Below, piece by piece: positions 62,602-64,000 of a stretch of 64,000 nucleotides of DNA. Under the pieces are notes generated by a model. The model saw nothing but the letters and a program-made list of their open reading frames with translations. It had not been told where the DNA came from and made no database searches. The translations under genes were made by a program, and so were the position numbers. Every line of letters starts with the position of its first letter. Position 1 is the stretch's first letter. The DNA lies in assembly GCA_963716395.1 (NCBI GenBank), contig OY970309.1, positions 416,001-480,000 on the forward strand, given 5' to 3'. The DNA is from an uncultured Fibrobacteria bacterium. GTDB taxonomy: Bacteria > Fibrobacterota > Fibrobacteria > UBA11236.

Positions 62602-64000
62602 TCAGAGCAGCGATTGGATGAAAGTATGGGCTCCGACGCGAAACATGTAAATACCCACGGGAGTGCCCGGCGGTAACGCATAAGCGCCCACTCCCAAGGC
62701 CTGCAACGCATGTGATTGCCCCTGGATATTCCACATGGTGGCTCCGCTTCCCCAATCGACGGGAACGAACAGAGTGTGGTTGCGCAGAACCGGCTCGGCC
62801 AGGTGGAGCTGCCCGGATTGCCGGACCGAATTGACGATGTTTTGGCTGTCGACCACGGCCAGCGTCCGGTAATTTTTAATCCATTCACCAAGCACTTTCA
62901 AAGCCGCGGTATCGGGTATATAGGTGGCGAATGGGGGCATTTGCTCGCCCGTCCAGTTGTACAAATTGTAAGACCCGTCGGCGGGCGTCATGAAGGAATT
63001 GATATCAACCTGGTGCTGGTTCAAAAGATCGAACCACGCCTGGGAACCCCAGGGCTGGGAAAAAATCCAAGACCGCTGTTGCACGGCCGCGGAGTCGCCT
63101 TGAAACAGACTGTCTTTTAAAACGTTGGCTACGGCCGCGGAATCGGTCCAAGCCGAATTGCGGGACCATTGCCGGTAGAGAATTTCAGAACGGGACGGAA
63201 ATCCCGGATAGATCAAAACTTCACTGGTGTCCGCACCGACCGGGAGAGCCATGTCGTAGGTTTGCCCGGAGTCGGTGTCGATCCCCCATTGGGCCAAGGC
63301 CATGCGGTAATAATTCCGCCCCTGCGGGAGCTGATACGGCCACGTCGTATCGGAAGCCGCGTCGGATAACCCGACGGGAAGAACGTGGTGCATTCCCAGT
63401 TCCATTTGCGGTTTCAGGTTGTAGTAGTCATAAATCAGGTAAACCTGGGCTTCAGCCCCGACGGCGTCGCCGCGATGGCCATGGCATCCCGAGCAATTGG
63501 CCCCCAGATAGGAGCGCGCCATGGTGTCGATGGTTTTAAAACGGTCGAGCGGACTCAAATCGCCGGCGATGGGCTGATAGACGCTTTTATAACACCGGGC
63601 CAAAACGAGCGAATCCGGCGGAGTTCCGGAAAACACACCGCGGTTAAAGAGATCGAGGACCTGGTTGAGATTGGCGGTCAAGCTCGAAGGACGCTTCAAT
63701 TGCGCGGGATAAAACCCCAGCACCGAGCGCGCATAATACGGCGCGGTATCCGAAAAGCCGAGGTTGGTGTAACCGATACGATGGCAGATAAAGCATTCCT
63801 GCTGCGAGGGAAAGTGCCATTTCTTATAGGTCTGCCGGTTTTGCGACGTGGTGTATTGAAAAACCGTGTCGAATCCGTTTTGAATCGAGACGAGATTGGC
63901 GTCGGATTGATCGGCGTTCCACCGGTAGGAAATTCCGTACCAATTTTTGTGGTTGATGGTGGTGTCGTTCTTTTTGATGAAAAAGCGGGTCTCCCAATAA
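62602..64000 (-). CDS. Diheme c-type cytochrome domain protein (SO2930-like) with T9SS-like C-terminal domain; 5' part beyond the window
   Basis: The frame is open to the window edge: WETR...WYGISYRWNADQSDANL, CFICH (63781-63795), ARSYLGANCSGCH (63481-63495), C-terminal WNIQGQ...GIYMFRV. Confidence 0.75.
   Translation of the reverse strand, partial: YWETRFFIKKNDTTINHKNWYGISYRWNADQSDANLVSIQNGFDTVFQYTTSQNRQTYKKWHFPSQQECFICHRIGYTNLGFSDTAPYYARSVLGFYPAQLKRPSSLTANLNQVLDLFNRGVFSGTPPDSLVLARCYKSVYQPIAGDLSPLDRFKTIDTMARSYLGANCSGCHGHRGDAVGAEAQVYLIYDYYNLKPQMELGMHHVLPVGLSDAASDTTWPYQLPQGRNYYRMALAQWGIDTDSGQTYDMALPVGADTSEVLIYPGFPSRSEILYRQWSRNSAWTDSAAVANVLKDSLFQGDSAAVQQRSWIFSQPWGSQAWFDLLNQHQVDINSFMTPADGSYNLYNWTGEQMPPFATYIPDTAALKVLGEWIKNYRTLAVVDSQNIVNSVRQSGQLHLAEPVLRNHTLFVPVDWGSGATMWNIQGQSHALQALGVGAYALPPGTPVGIYMFRVGAHTFIQSLL

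Overview
A 64-kb bacterial chromosomal window. The host is probably Fibrobacterota-like, inferred from two proteins with T9SS-type C-terminal domains and a short sigma70 lacking region 1.1. The GC-rich left flank carries the 5' end of a kdp K+ uptake operon led by a HAMP/PAS histidine kinase with a nearby sigma54-dependent response regulator, a YejABE-like peptide ABC transporter, hom, gmd and a Wzi-like gene. A visibly AT-richer mosaic surface-glycan island of about 31.5 kb (approx. 12,250-43,770) follows. It holds three GT9 enzymes, other glycosyltransferases, Wzy- and Wzz-like genes, a partial pseudaminic-acid-type pathway and an FkbH/ACP/MaoC-SDR/acyltransferase module. It also holds a DUF4910 + formyltransferase pair, a 2OG-Fe(II) dioxygenase, a sulfotransferase and several unannotated IS91/ISCR-like and IS5-like relics at its internal junctions. 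The GC-rich right flank has an SLBB export protein, an FAD/Fe-S oxidase, fcl and a second Wzi-like gene bracketed by REP-like inverted repeats, a sigma factor, cstA with a YbdD-like C-terminal fusion, pdxJ, miaA, a stand-alone tRNA-Ile(GAT) and a partial diheme cytochrome c. Several genes carry +1 homopolymer insertions that look like long-read errors. All family assignments come from motifs recognised by eye; no database search was run.
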